Source: a virus. From it: a stretch of DNA of 64,000 nucleotides. The position numbers and the translations under genes are program-made. The DNA is taken from the IMG/VR virus record IMGVR_UViG_3300045988_139374, positions 192,001 to 256,000 of that record. The stretch is one strand, 5' to 3'. Below, piece by piece: positions 27,732-36,301 of this stretch (the stretch's first letter is position 1; the number at the start of each line of letters is the position of its first letter). The notes beneath the pieces were generated by a model that saw nothing but the letters and a program-made list of their open reading frames with translations, was not told where the DNA came from and did no database searches.

Positions 27732-28787
27732 ATGGAAGACCAGATTAAGACTAATATCGGTAAAATCTTTACTAAGTATAATAAGGATACAGATTCATTT
27801 GATATGATTCGTATTGTTCATACTGATAATGATAGTATTTTCTATAGAAAATTAAATGAAGATTATAATTTTGGGCAGAATAGAATTGAGTTTCTTAAGA
27901 TTAACGAATTCAAAGAAACCTTTAAGGATTGGGATGTATTGTCTCCTGATGGTATTTTGTCTTTGACAAATGCTGTTGTTACAGAAACAGAAAATGGATC
28001 TCCTATTAGAGATATCATCATGATGTTTTTCATTAGAGATAATACTACTCATACCTTTAATCCTCAGAAGCCTTGCGTAATTGCGCGTCAGGCTATCAAT
28101 AATATTTATAAGATGGCATTTGATGACCATGCTGATGATGTAGGAGTTTCTGTTACTGAAGATTGTATGCCTCCTGAATATACATTTGCAGATTTTACAG
28201 CTGCTGAAAAATGTATTAATTCTTATCTTACTTGTGTTTATAAAATTGACACTCCTAAAACTCTAGCAGCAATTCTTAATAATGAAACCACTACTGATAT
28301 TCTTCACACTCTTTATCAGAGTGCCATTGATTATGATAAGAATACTATCATTAATTTCAATAAGGCAATTGAAGACGATTGCTATAAAGGATATTGTAAT
28401 ACTCTATCTGCATTCATTGGTAATTCTGGATTGATTATTGATATCTATTCTAAACTTGGAATCGTAAAGGTAGATTTCGAATTGAAATCTAATGAACCTA
28501 TCAATGATGAGAATAAAGTATTTCTTTCTATGCTTTATGGTGGAATTACTATTGTAAAAGCAATTCCTCTTAAGTTTGGATTTGATATTAATCTATCTTG
28601 TATTAAGATGAAATATATGCTGGTAATGGATTCTACCAGTACTCTTTGGATTGTTCCTTTTACTTCTACAAAGGATGAGTTTAGCCCTGTAGAATTTTAC
28701 AAAATTACTGCAGAGCAAACTAATAAAATACAGGAAAGATTGAAGAAGTGTATTGAGTCGTATGATGCCATTCAAAATAATACCTAA
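27732..28787 (+). CDS. hypothetical protein (351 aa)
   Basis: AAAAGGAG SD. AACT-N6-TA variant motif 30 nt upstream. Confidence 0.85.
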   Translation: MEDQIKTNIGKIFTKYNKDTDSFDMIRIVHTDNDSIFYRKLNEDYNFGQNRIEFLKINEFKETFKDWDVLSPDGILSLTNAVVTETENGSPIRDIIMMFFIRDNTTHTFNPQKPCVIARQAINNIYKMAFDDHADDVGVSVTEDCMPPEYTFADFTAAEKCINSYLTCVYKIDTPKTLAAILNNETTTDILHTLYQSAIDYDKNTIINFNKAIEDDCYKGYCNTLSAFIGNSGLIIDIYSKLGIVKVDFELKSNEPINDENKVFLSMLYGGITIVKAIPLKFGFDINLSCIKMKYMLVMDSTSTLWIVPFTSTKDEFSPVEFYKITAEQTNKIQERLKKCIESYDAIQNNT

Positions 28788-28814
28788 AAATGGGATGTTA
28801 AAATTAAGAATGGC

Positions 28815-28860
28815 AAGATATTATAATAGTGATAGAAAGGTATGAAAATATCTTTTTATT
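28815..28860 (+). terminator. possible weak terminator
   Basis: 8-bp stem AAGATATT/AATATCTT with a 24-nt loop, then TTTTATT. Confidence 0.35.
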
Positions 28861-28887
28861 GATAGCACCAAAGTACACGGTGTATCT

Positions 28888-28899
28888 AACAATCTATTT
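28888..28899 (+). promoter_or_regulatory. AACA-N6-TT motif (late promoter candidate)
   Basis: AACA ATCTAT TT. Lies 21 nt upstream of ATG 28920. Confidence 0.5.
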
Positions 28900-28919
28900 T
28901 ATTTTAGGAGGCATTTTCC

Positions 28920-29768
28920 ATGGAAAACAACATCAACAAAATCACTGGCGCTCACATCAATGACAAGCTCACTCTTAGTGAAAGCGGTGTCAAGAACATT
29001 GACAACGATTGCAATGTCAAGCGTGTCATGACCACTACGTATGAGCTTGGCCCTATCATCACCGATATCTTTAAGAAGACTTTCGCTGATTATTGTGGCA
29101 CCGTGATCGAGGTCGCAACTGTTAACAATGTTCAGACTGTTGTTAACGTCCGTATGGTCTTTAACATCTTTAAGCCCAATGAGTATCGCGATGATGCTTA
29201 TTATGCATTCAAGCCTGAAGGTGCTAACATCGCTAGCACTGGCAGCCTGGATAGCAAGACTATTGTTGAGAACATTGTTCGCAAGAGTTCTTCTGTTCAG
29301 CGTAGCACTCGTAGTATGTACAATGTTGACATCACTCAGGATGGCAAGGATGTTCTGTCCGACTTCCTGTACACCACTAATCAGGCTGTTGAATGGGGTA
29401 AGCTGTTCAAAGCTTTTGATATTGCTGATTATTACAATCAGTATCGTGGTACTAAGGTTATCCTCAGTGGCATGGATATTACTAAGATCCTGAACCAGAT
29501 CTATAATACCCGTGATGATGAAGGTAATCAGATCGGTAAGCACAGCTATGCTGTTATTCCTCTGCGTCCTCTGGTTGATACCAATTCTCAGTTCAACTAT
29601 CAGCAGGCTATGTATCAGCAGCAGTTCCCGATGATCCAGACTAACAATAGTCCTAAGGATAACTGGCTGATCGCTATCGATGAGTACGATGAGAAGAACA
29701 TCGCTAAGGTCTTCAGAAATGTTTATCACATCCAGCCGCAGACCGACAACGATATTTGGTATCTGTAA
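28920..29768 (+). CDS. hypothetical protein (282 aa) with the strongest codon bias in the window; candidate abundant late/structural protein
   Basis: TAGGAGG SD. AACA-N6-TT 21 nt upstream and own terminator. GC-rich third positions. A full-length antisense ORF (28899-29729) is read as a codon-bias artefact. Confidence 0.85.
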   Translation: MENNINKITGAHINDKLTLSESGVKNIDNDCNVKRVMTTTYELGPIITDIFKKTFADYCGTVIEVATVNNVQTVVNVRMVFNIFKPNEYRDDAYYAFKPEGANIASTGSLDSKTIVENIVRKSSSVQRSTRSMYNVDITQDGKDVLSDFLYTTNQAVEWGKLFKAFDIADYYNQYRGTKVILSGMDITKILNQIYNTRDDEGNQIGKHSYAVIPLRPLVDTNSQFNYQQAMYQQQFPMIQTNNSPKDNWLIAIDEYDEKNIAKVFRNVYHIQPQTDNDIWYL

Positions 29769-29802
29769 TTCTCAATTCTCTTAAGCAATAAAATAGGTAA
29801 AG

Positions 29803-29843
29803 GGTCTGGGGAACTTAAGGTCTCCCCAGACCTTTTATTTTTT
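29803..29843 (+). terminator. intrinsic terminator
   Basis: 10-bp GC-rich stem GGTCTGGGGA/TCCCCAGACC followed by TTTTATTTTTT. Confidence 0.85.
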
Positions 29844-29871
29844 AAAGGATAAAAGAAAGAAGGAAATAATT

Positions 29872-30267
29872 ATGGCTTTCCGTAATAATGCAGAATTTAA
29901 ATACTCTATTCGTGGCATCAATCGTATCGTTGATGAAAAGAATAATCAGTTTATTCGTCTTGCAGAGATTGCATGGGCTGGAGCAGATGAAGAGGTTGAT
30001 CCTAGTAAGATTAAGCTTGACATTCGTAAATATACTACAGATGCAGATGGAAATGAGAGAATGCTTAAGGGTTGTAGTTTCTTGACAGAAGATGGTCCTC
30101 ATGAGCTTACTCATGCTCTTGTAGAAGAAGGATTCGGCAATACTGAAAAGATTCTTACTGCTATTAAGCAGCGTAGTGATTTTCCTGATGCTGTAAAGTC
30201 TTGCTATGGTGAGAAAGCAGCTGATGCTACAGATGATACATTTGATCTGCGTAATATCATTGATTAA
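29872..30267 (+). CDS. PC4/YdbC-like ssDNA-binding protein (131 aa)
   Basis: KYSIRGINRIV..FIRLAEIAWAGADE..KLDIRKYTTDADGNERMLKGCSFLTEDG..EL resembles the bacterial YdbC/PC4-like family (lnlvsW..kyDIRrW..mgKGitLt..E), by eye. Confidence 0.7.
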   Translation: MAFRNNAEFKYSIRGINRIVDEKNNQFIRLAEIAWAGADEEVDPSKIKLDIRKYTTDADGNERMLKGCSFLTEDGPHELTHALVEEGFGNTEKILTAIKQRSDFPDAVKSCYGEKAADATDDTFDLRNIID

Positions 30268-30275
30268 ATAAATAC

Positions 30276-30310
30276 GGAGTAGAGAATAATATCTCTACTC
30301 CTTTTAATTT
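30276..30310 (+). terminator. intrinsic terminator
   Basis: 10-bp stem GGAGTAGAGA/TCTCTACTCC followed by TTTTAATTT. Confidence 0.75.
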
Positions 30311-30323
30311 GGAGGATTATAAA

Positions 30324-30680
30324 ATGGGATGCGTAAAAACTACTACGTATGAATCTGTAGAACAGGCTTTACTGACTACTGAAGTTAAATGGAATCTTAT
30401 TGAGAAGATTAAAGAAATTAGAAAAGAGAAAGATATTTCTCAAGACGAATTAGCAAAAAGAGTAGGAGTATCTCATGCTACTATTAGTAAAATTGAATCT
30501 AGACATCAAGTAGGATTGGATACATTGATTCTAATTTATGAAGCTCTTGATCTCGATTTTGATTTGCTAAAAGAGACTAAAAAAGCTAAAGAGAAACTTG
30601 AACTTAAACTTCCATCAGATATGGAACATCGTCATACAGGAAAGTACAATCCAAATAGAAAGGAAGATATTAATGGTTGA
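30324..30680 (+). CDS. XRE-family helix-turn-helix protein (118 aa)
   Basis: ATG 30324 follows GGAGGA. HTH motif ISQDELAKRVGVSHATISKIESRHQ. The stop overlaps the next gene's start (ATGGTTGA). Confidence 0.8.
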   Translation: MGCVKTTTYESVEQALLTTEVKWNLIEKIKEIRKEKDISQDELAKRVGVSHATISKIESRHQVGLDTLILIYEALDLDFDLLKETKKAKEKLELKLPSDMEHRHTGKYNPNRKEDING

Positions 30681-31749
30681 TGAAAAGTATACACTTGAGC
30701 AATTGCTAACTGGACACTTTATAAAATATAATAGACTATCTGAATTGATTAGTGCATCGTATGCTGGATCCAATTGCACTAAAATTAATTTATTTATAGA
30801 TTTAAATTCTCTTGTAAAAGGTTTATATAGCATTGATGCTTGGGGATATAAATCTGTAAGTAGATATGAAATGACCGCCATTATTTTAAACATGTGCGGG
30901 CATTATAGACAGTTCTTCAGAAACCTTGGAGTGTCTACCAATATCTATCTTATATATGGATTAAATTGTCCGAAGAGTAATGAAACTTATGTATTCGGAT
31001 ATAATAATTCTTTTGTAAGATCGTTTCAGAAGAAGCCTTCTGTCACTAATCTTATTGATGATAATATGGCAGCATTAAGTATTATCACTCAGTATCTTCC
31101 GAATATATTTTTCTTTAATGTAGGATTATGTGAAGTATCTTCTATGATTGCTCATATTCTCAGAAAGTCTAATGCTGTACAGAATGGATTTGAGAATATT
31201 GTAATTAGTAAAGATATTCTGATGCTTCAATTGGTACCAGAATATAATGTCAGAGTTCTTAGACCTATTAAGACTAAGAATGGTGATGAATCTATCATTG
31301 TAGACAACAATAATCTTTGGCAGCAATTCTATGCTACCTATAGAAAATTGAAGTCTCCTCCTGATAGTATTCCTACTACTTTTATCTCTAATATTCTAGC
31401 AATGACAAACGTAAGAGAAAGAAGTATTAGTACAATCTTTACTATTCCTAAAGCTATGAAATATATTAATATTGCTATAGCTAGTGGATTCCTAGAACCT
31501 AATAAGTTTTATACTCAAGCATCTATGAATACTGCATTGGAAATTATGGATGTAGCAGCATATAATCCAGTAGAATTTGATATGCGATATAAAGCAATAT
31601 CTACTCAATTTCAATCTATGTATATTCTTCCAATTGAAAGACCTGATCTTGTAGATTATCAGTTAGTAAATTTGGAAGATGTACAAGGACTTCAGATGGT
31701 TATCTCTAAGTATTTATACAAAACTCCGATTGACTTAGACAGGTTGTGA
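30673..31749 (+). CDS. hypothetical protein (358 aa); divergent, possibly catalytically degenerate FEN/5'-3' exonuclease-like layout
   Basis: Start ATG 30673 is translationally coupled to the upstream HTH gene. NLFIDLNSL, IYLIYGLN, LCEVSS and IVISKDILMLQLV follow the order of FEN motifs (lIDg, vFD, EADD, sgDkDl.QL), but most acidic residues are replaced. Confidence 0.75.
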   Translation: MVDEKYTLEQLLTGHFIKYNRLSELISASYAGSNCTKINLFIDLNSLVKGLYSIDAWGYKSVSRYEMTAIILNMCGHYRQFFRNLGVSTNIYLIYGLNCPKSNETYVFGYNNSFVRSFQKKPSVTNLIDDNMAALSIITQYLPNIFFFNVGLCEVSSMIAHILRKSNAVQNGFENIVISKDILMLQLVPEYNVRVLRPIKTKNGDESIIVDNNNLWQQFYATYRKLKSPPDSIPTTFISNILAMTNVRERSISTIFTIPKAMKYINIAIASGFLEPNKFYTQASMNTALEIMDVAAYNPVEFDMRYKAISTQFQSMYILPIERPDLVDYQLVNLEDVQGLQMVISKYLYKTPIDLDRL

Positions 31750-31755
31750 TAATAA

Positions 31756-31998
31756 ATGAATTTTAAAGAAACTTATGATGACTATCAGGTTGGCAATCTA
31801 ATTACCAAAACAAGAATTGAGGAAGGAATTCCTCAGAAAGAATTAGCAGAGCAATTGGGAATTGCAGCTTCTACAATTTCTAAGATCGAAAATGGTCATA
31901 GAGATTGTAGAATTAAAGAGCTTAGAAAAATTGCCCATGCTCTTGGGAAAGAATTGAAAATTTCTTTTGTAGATCCTGAAGAGGAGAATGATAAATGA
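31756..31998 (+). CDS. XRE-family helix-turn-helix protein (80 aa)
   Basis: HTH motif IPQKELAEQLGIAASTISKIENGHRD. The stop overlaps the next start (ATGA). Confidence 0.8.
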   Translation: MNFKETYDDYQVGNLITKTRIEEGIPQKELAEQLGIAASTISKIENGHRDCRIKELRKIAHALGKELKISFVDPEEENDK

Positions 31999-32321
31999 AA
32001 TTAATTACAACCGATATTGCAATTGAAGCTGTAGTAAGATTCATGAAAAGAAATTATCATAAATTCTCCAGATTAGAGATTTTATTTGTAGAGCTCTATA
32101 AAGAGCATGTTGTAATTGTAGCTTCTGTAAAACATAGTAAGGATAATCTTAAATACTATGTGTTTGAATATGTGATGTGTCAATGTACCGAGCTTCCTGT
32201 AAATCTTCTACAGTTTGCAATTGCTAATAATAATGCATTGCAATACCATACAATTGGATTTTCTACTGAAGAAGATGCAAGAGAAACTGCTGAACAGATT
32301 ATTCAAAAGCTAAAAGAATAA
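31995..32321 (+). CDS. hypothetical protein (108 aa), coupled to the upstream HTH gene
   Basis: ATGA overlap with 31756-31998. Terminator at 32332-32368. Confidence 0.75.
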   Translation: MKLITTDIAIEAVVRFMKRNYHKFSRLEILFVELYKEHVVIVASVKHSKDNLKYYVFEYVMCQCTELPVNLLQFAIANNNALQYHTIGFSTEEDARETAEQIIQKLKE

Positions 32322-32331
32322 TAAATAAAAG

Positions 32332-32368
32332 GCCAATAGGAGTAATCCTATTGGCTTTATTTTTTTTA
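32332..32368 (+). terminator. intrinsic terminator
   Basis: 10-bp stem GCCAATAGGA/TCCTATTGGC followed by a long T-run. Confidence 0.85.
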
Positions 32369-32379
32369 ATTATTCAAAA

Positions 32380-32432
32380 TTTCACTTGTATAGTATAAAA
32401 TTGAAATAGAAGGTTAGATAATACCTTTTATT
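32380..32432 (+). promoter_or_regulatory. promoter-like block plus 5' hairpin, element E3 (subtype 1)
   Basis: TTTCACTTGTATAGTATAAAATTGAAATAGAAGGT, with stem AATAGAAGGT/ACCTTTTATT (one G-U pair) and a different loop. Confidence 0.55.
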
Positions 32433-32476
32433 GGTGTATTAACAAAATATAATTGACATATGTGGAGGTAAATACT

Positions 32477-32785
32477 ATGTCGTTCAATAAGAAGCATTTC
32501 GAAACTCGTAAAGCTGCTAAAATTGAAGAGGCAGTCGAATTTGATGGTTTCATGCCTTGGAGTCCTGAAAATGGTCTCATGCCTTGGGGATCTAAAGTTA
32601 CTGAGGAGAACAACGATGATACTGATGATGGTCTCATGCCTTGGGATCCTGAAAATGGTTGTCATCTTGAAAATGAAGTTACCGAGACCAGCAACGATGA
32701 TACTGATGATGGTCTCATGCCTTGGGGAACTCCTGCTCAGCGTGAAGCAGCTGAGCAAGCACTTGTCCGTCATTTCACCTACTAA
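32477..32785 (+). CDS. acidic repeat protein (102 aa) with four DG[LF]MPW motifs
   Basis: ATG 32477 follows GTGGAGG (the ORF-track start at 32453 is rejected). Product ..EFDGFMPWSPENGLMPWGSKVTEENNDDTDDGLMPWDPENG..NDDTDDGLMPWGTPAQ... Lies behind element E3. Confidence 0.8.
   Translation: MSFNKKHFETRKAAKIEEAVEFDGFMPWSPENGLMPWGSKVTEENNDDTDDGLMPWDPENGCHLENEVTETSNDDTDDGLMPWGTPAQREAAEQALVRHFTY
32612..32726 (+). repeat. perfect 34-nt direct repeat (32612-32645 and 32693-32726), period 81 nt
   Basis: AACGATGATACTGATGATGGTCTCATGCCTTGGG occurs twice and encodes NDDTDDGLMPWG/D. Confidence 0.9.
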
Positions 32786-32814
32786 TTAAAAAAAGAATAA
32801 AAGGAGATATAATT

Positions 32815-33231
32815 ATGCTTATTAATTTTGAAAATTCTATGTTCGTCATCAAGAATGCTACTGGTACCGTTGAGCAGGGTCTCATCGGTTTCCAGGAATG
32901 TTCTGGCCATGCAGACCTTGATATTCTTGACTGCAACACTGATGAGAAACTCGGCACCGCAACTGTTGATATCGAGTGTTCTGGCATGGATGCTACTGGA
33001 TATGATGGCCAGAGCATCTTCTCTATCTTCAATGGTGAAGAAGAGATTTTCCATGCCACGTTCAACAGCACGAATGGACTCGATGGATATAACAAGTTCA
33101 TCGAATCTATTGCCCTTGTGACTTGCAAGACAAATGCAAATGTCAAAGAAATGCTGGCTAATGCTGGTGAAGCTGTTAGCCGCAACACCAAAGTTCACAA
33201 GGAAACTTGGAGCTTTGGTAGCAAGCACTAA
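32815..33231 (+). CDS. hypothetical protein (138 aa), GC-rich codons
   Basis: AAAAGGAGA SD and the terminator at 33235-33276. Several overlapping alternative-frame and antisense ORFs are judged artefacts. Confidence 0.85.
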   Translation: MLINFENSMFVIKNATGTVEQGLIGFQECSGHADLDILDCNTDEKLGTATVDIECSGMDATGYDGQSIFSIFNGEEEIFHATFNSTNGLDGYNKFIESIALVTCKTNANVKEMLANAGEAVSRNTKVHKETWSFGSKH

Positions 33232-33234
33232 AAT

Positions 33235-33276
33235 AAAAGGGAGTGGAGAAATCTACTCCCTTTTATTTTTTTTTTG
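33235..33276 (+). terminator. intrinsic terminator
   Basis: Stem AAAAGGGAGTGGA/TCTACTCCCTTTT (one G-U pair) followed by a long T-run. Confidence 0.85.
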
Positions 33277-33294
33277 ATTTATTATGATCTCCGA

Positions 33295-33306
33295 AACTCA
33301 CTAATA
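33295..33306 (+). promoter_or_regulatory. AACT-N6-TA variant motif
   Basis: AACT CACTAA TA. Lies 27 nt upstream of ATG 33333. Confidence 0.35.
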
Positions 33307-33332
33307 AAATTAGTCTAGGAGGTTATTTACTT

Positions 33333-33503
33333 ATGGATGATAAATCTAAATTTGATTGCATTTATTCTTCTATTAATGAAGATGGAAATAGATTCTGTTT
33401 ATTAACCTTCTCTGAGTGTATCCATTCTTGTGAGTTTAATAACGACTGTAAATATTGTAACGCAAAATTTAAGAAATGCAATGAGTGCGATCTTAAACTT
33501 TAA
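33333..33503 (+). CDS. small Cys-rich protein (56 aa, 8 Cys), not in the ORF track
   Basis: ATG 10 nt after AGGAGG (33317-33322). Product MDDKSKFDCIYSSINEDGNRFCLLTFSECIHSCEFNNDCKYCNAKFKKCNECDLKL. AACT-N6-TA variant 27 nt upstream. Confidence 0.6.
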   Translation: MDDKSKFDCIYSSINEDGNRFCLLTFSECIHSCEFNNDCKYCNAKFKKCNECDLKL

Positions 33504-33507
33504 TATA
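33496..33507 (+). promoter_or_regulatory. AACT-N6-TA variant motif
   Basis: AACT TTAATA TA. Lies 30 nt upstream of ATG 33537. Confidence 0.35.
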
Positions 33508-33536
33508 ATGATCTCTACAGTGAAAGGAGCTTATAT

Positions 33537-35027
33537 ATGCCAGGCGATATTAATTCAAGAGAGCAGATTAGCGAGGATGAAATCATTGATCTTATAAATA
33601 TTGATAGATTTAGACCTTCTCTAAAATGTGATCTATTTATTCCCTCTTATGTGCACTCCTTATCTGTAGCGACTGAGTTTGTGTATAACTACGTTTTGAG
33701 TAGATTTCCTCAAAATTATTTTCAGACTATTCATATTGCAGGTAAGCATCCATACGAGGATTTTCGTAGACTCCAGAAGGGTAATATACAAGTCAGAGAA
33801 AACCCTGCTGTCGCAATTTCTTACACTATTCAATATGATTATAATGATAATAATATTGATCTAAATCTACTAAGTACCAATAAGTATCTAAAAAGATCTC
33901 AGTGGCAGAGAAGCTTTTTTAAATGTCCTCATAAGGGACTATACTTAGGTATGGATCTTGAAGCTATGATGATTAATTATAACTTTAGATTCAGAGTTAA
34001 TACAAAAGCTCAACAACTAGATTTGTTTAACAGGATGCGTAAAGTATTTCGTTTAGGATGCACGGAAACTATTGACATTGATTGCGACTTTCATCTTGAT
34101 AAATATCTTATTGCAGAAATGGCTAAAGAAGCTGGATTTGCGATAGATAAAGAAAATGATGAAGTTGTAGATCCTTGGAATTTTACAAGATTTTTGAATC
34201 AATATTCTCAGATGCCGATTCTCTATAAGCTAAGAGAAATTAATCAAAAATATGAGTATTTTCTAAGGATGAGAAATCTTCCTGTTCATTTGGATTTCCA
34301 AGATGGCCTAGATGTAGATGAAGGAAATCAAATCGGAATGGTATCCAAAGATTATATTGTAGAATTCCAGATAGCTATGCGTTTTCCTGCACCACGTACA
34401 TTTGCTCTCTATAACGAGGGACACAATCGTCAGTGGATTAAGATTGAAAACGATGATGCTGTTAAGGTATTCTCTATGAAGGTCTTTGATATACCTGAAG
34501 AGAATTATAAGCATTGGCCAATTTATGGTCATAGTAATTATCTTGCAGATGAATCTGAGAATATAGTAGAAAAAATTGATATTACAGAGCTTTTCAAAGC
34601 TCCTGTGGATATTAAAGTTGGAACTTGCTTAGATGATCTGATCCAAGATGCTATTGATCAATTTATTGATCCTAGTACATTTATTGAAATTGCTGTGTAT
34701 ACCAATGAACTAGCCATAGATGGAACTGGAAGATTACCTATCCAAATGGATTGGAAAAATAGAACTATTCTTTTACCAGACAATACTCCTAACATATATT
34801 TTTATATTGCTATCTATATCGATCGTGGTTATGTAAATAGTAAAGTAATAGAGAAAACACATGCACAGAGCAATAGAATTGTAGAAAGTAGGATTGATTC
34901 CGATGATGAATTGGAACAGAAAGTCAGAAAGGCATATGCTCAAGATCATATAATTGAAGAAGTAAATCCTCAAACAACTACAATTCTAAAAAAAGGAAGC
35001 AAAGCTAGATTCATTGTAAATAGGTAA
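33537..35027 (+). CDS. hypothetical protein (496 aa)
   Basis: GAAAGGAG SD and a long uninterrupted ORF. Confidence 0.9.
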   Translation: MPGDINSREQISEDEIIDLINIDRFRPSLKCDLFIPSYVHSLSVATEFVYNYVLSRFPQNYFQTIHIAGKHPYEDFRRLQKGNIQVRENPAVAISYTIQYDYNDNNIDLNLLSTNKYLKRSQWQRSFFKCPHKGLYLGMDLEAMMINYNFRFRVNTKAQQLDLFNRMRKVFRLGCTETIDIDCDFHLDKYLIAEMAKEAGFAIDKENDEVVDPWNFTRFLNQYSQMPILYKLREINQKYEYFLRMRNLPVHLDFQDGLDVDEGNQIGMVSKDYIVEFQIAMRFPAPRTFALYNEGHNRQWIKIENDDAVKVFSMKVFDIPEENYKHWPIYGHSNYLADESENIVEKIDITELFKAPVDIKVGTCLDDLIQDAIDQFIDPSTFIEIAVYTNELAIDGTGRLPIQMDWKNRTILLPDNTPNIYFYIAIYIDRGYVNSKVIEKTHAQSNRIVESRIDSDDELEQKVRKAYAQDHIIEEVNPQTTTILKKGSKARFIVNR

Positions 35028-35092
35028 ACGCTTCTCATTTATTAGCTCTGGAAGAAAGCACCAATATTTTAAATATAAGGAGATTGTTCCAG

Positions 35093-35602
35093 ATGTCTAT
35101 ATATGAGATTTATCAACTGATTGTTGCGAATCCAGGGCGACTTGGTATTTGTATAGCTTGCATTATTGCTGTAACTAAGCTTATTAAAATAAATCCTTTT
35201 AATGTTCAGAATCCTTTTGCTTTGCTGGGTCATGCTATTGGTACAGCTATTACTAAGGATATATCTGATCAAATAAAGGAAATGAATAAGAAAATAGATG
35301 ACAATAATAATGCAATGAAAGATCACCTTAATGCCGTGGAAAAGAAAGTTGATAAAATCGATTATCAGTTTCATGAGAATAATGCTGTTGAAGCAAGAAC
35401 CAGGATTTTAAGATTTGGTGATGAAGTTAGTCATGGGAAAAATCATTCCCGTGATCATTTTCAACAAGTATTACTCGATATAACAAATTATAATCAGTAT
35501 TGTGCTGATCATAAAGAGTTTAAAAACGATATGACAAAAATTACTGCTGAAAGAATTAAAGAAGACTATATGATCAAAGATAGAGATAATAGTTTTCTTT
35601 GA
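35093..35602 (+). CDS. membrane protein (169 aa): N-terminal TM helix plus coiled-coil
   Basis: ATG 35093 follows AAGGAGA. Hydrophobic segment LGICIACIIAVTKLI. TGA stop. Confidence 0.8.
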   Translation: MSIYEIYQLIVANPGRLGICIACIIAVTKLIKINPFNVQNPFALLGHAIGTAITKDISDQIKEMNKKIDDNNNAMKDHLNAVEKKVDKIDYQFHENNAVEARTRILRFGDEVSHGKNHSRDHFQQVLLDITNYNQYCADHKEFKNDMTKITAERIKEDYMIKDRDNSFL

Positions 35603-35626
35603 GTCTTTTATAAGGAGAGATTTATT

Positions 35627-36247
35627 ATGGCTATCTTTACAAAAGAATTCATTCTTCATGAAAAGTATGTGTCTAAGTATGCTAAGTATTTGGATGACGA
35701 CGATGATAAAATGGAAGACGAAGAAGATGACAATGATGAAGAAGAGGAAGATGATGACGAAAAATCTGATTCTAACAAATCTAAGGATACTAAATCTTCT
35801 AATAATGTAAAGAATCAGTCTAATAATAATTCATCTTCCGAAGAAAAGAAAACTCCTCAGCATTTATCCAAAGAAGAGATTCGTAGAATTATGACTATTG
35901 CTACGTCTATCCTAATGGATTTTCCTAAACTAAAAAAGTGTTGTGATTATGTTGATCTTAACGATAAAGATCATATCAATGATGATGGTGTACGAGAATC
36001 TTCTTTTGGTAAATATTATAATAGCTCTGCTAAAGCATTTATCGAATTAATGAATGGAGATATTTATAGTGGATATCCTGACTTTAAGGATAAAGGTAGC
36101 GAAGCATATGAAAAAGATGCTCATGCTTTTATAAAAGCTGTAAATGAAACACTTGAAAGTAGACATATTCAAGCTAAATTTTCTATTGGTTCTGATAAAG
36201 AAGACGATGCTATTAGTTTTGGAGTTAAAAGTACTAAAGAAAAATAA
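35627..36247 (+). CDS. hypothetical protein (206 aa) with poly-acidic tract
   Basis: AAGGAGAG SD. DDDDDKMEDEEDDNDEEEEDDDEKSD tract. Terminator at 36256-36290. Confidence 0.85.
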   Translation: MAIFTKEFILHEKYVSKYAKYLDDDDDKMEDEEDDNDEEEEDDDEKSDSNKSKDTKSSNNVKNQSNNNSSSEEKKTPQHLSKEEIRRIMTIATSILMDFPKLKKCCDYVDLNDKDHINDDGVRESSFGKYYNSSAKAFIELMNGDIYSGYPDFKDKGSEAYEKDAHAFIKAVNETLESRHIQAKFSIGSDKEDDAISFGVKSTKEK

Positions 36248-36255
36248 GAAAATAT

Positions 36256-36290
36256 CGGAGTAGGATTTCAATATCCTACTCCGTTTTTTA
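36256..36290 (+). terminator. intrinsic terminator
   Basis: 11-bp stem CGGAGTAGGAT/ATCCTACTCCG followed by TTTTTTA. Confidence 0.85.
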
Positions 36291-36301
36291 ATTATTCTTA
36301 T

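Noticed and set aside
28899-29729. 276-aa ORF antisense to the whole of gene 28920-29768
   Set aside because: It has no SD, and its L/I/S/D-rich composition is typical of the reverse complement of a strongly codon-biased gene. The plus-strand gene has an AGGAGG SD, an upstream promoter motif and a downstream terminator.
32414-33228. Overlapping alternative-frame and antisense ORFs (32414-32773, 32428-32637, 32523-32789, 32775-33191, 32782-33228, 32828-33121), including a repeated SPRHETII peptide
   Set aside because: They are shadows of the two GC-rich plus-strand genes and of the 81-nt duplication. None has an SD. The plus-frame genes do, and they are bracketed by element E3 and a terminator.
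35028-35035. Partial box ACGCTTCT immediately after the stop of 33537-35027
   Set aside because: Only 8 nt match, and about one such match is expected by chance in a window of this size and composition. No cassette-like ORF follows.
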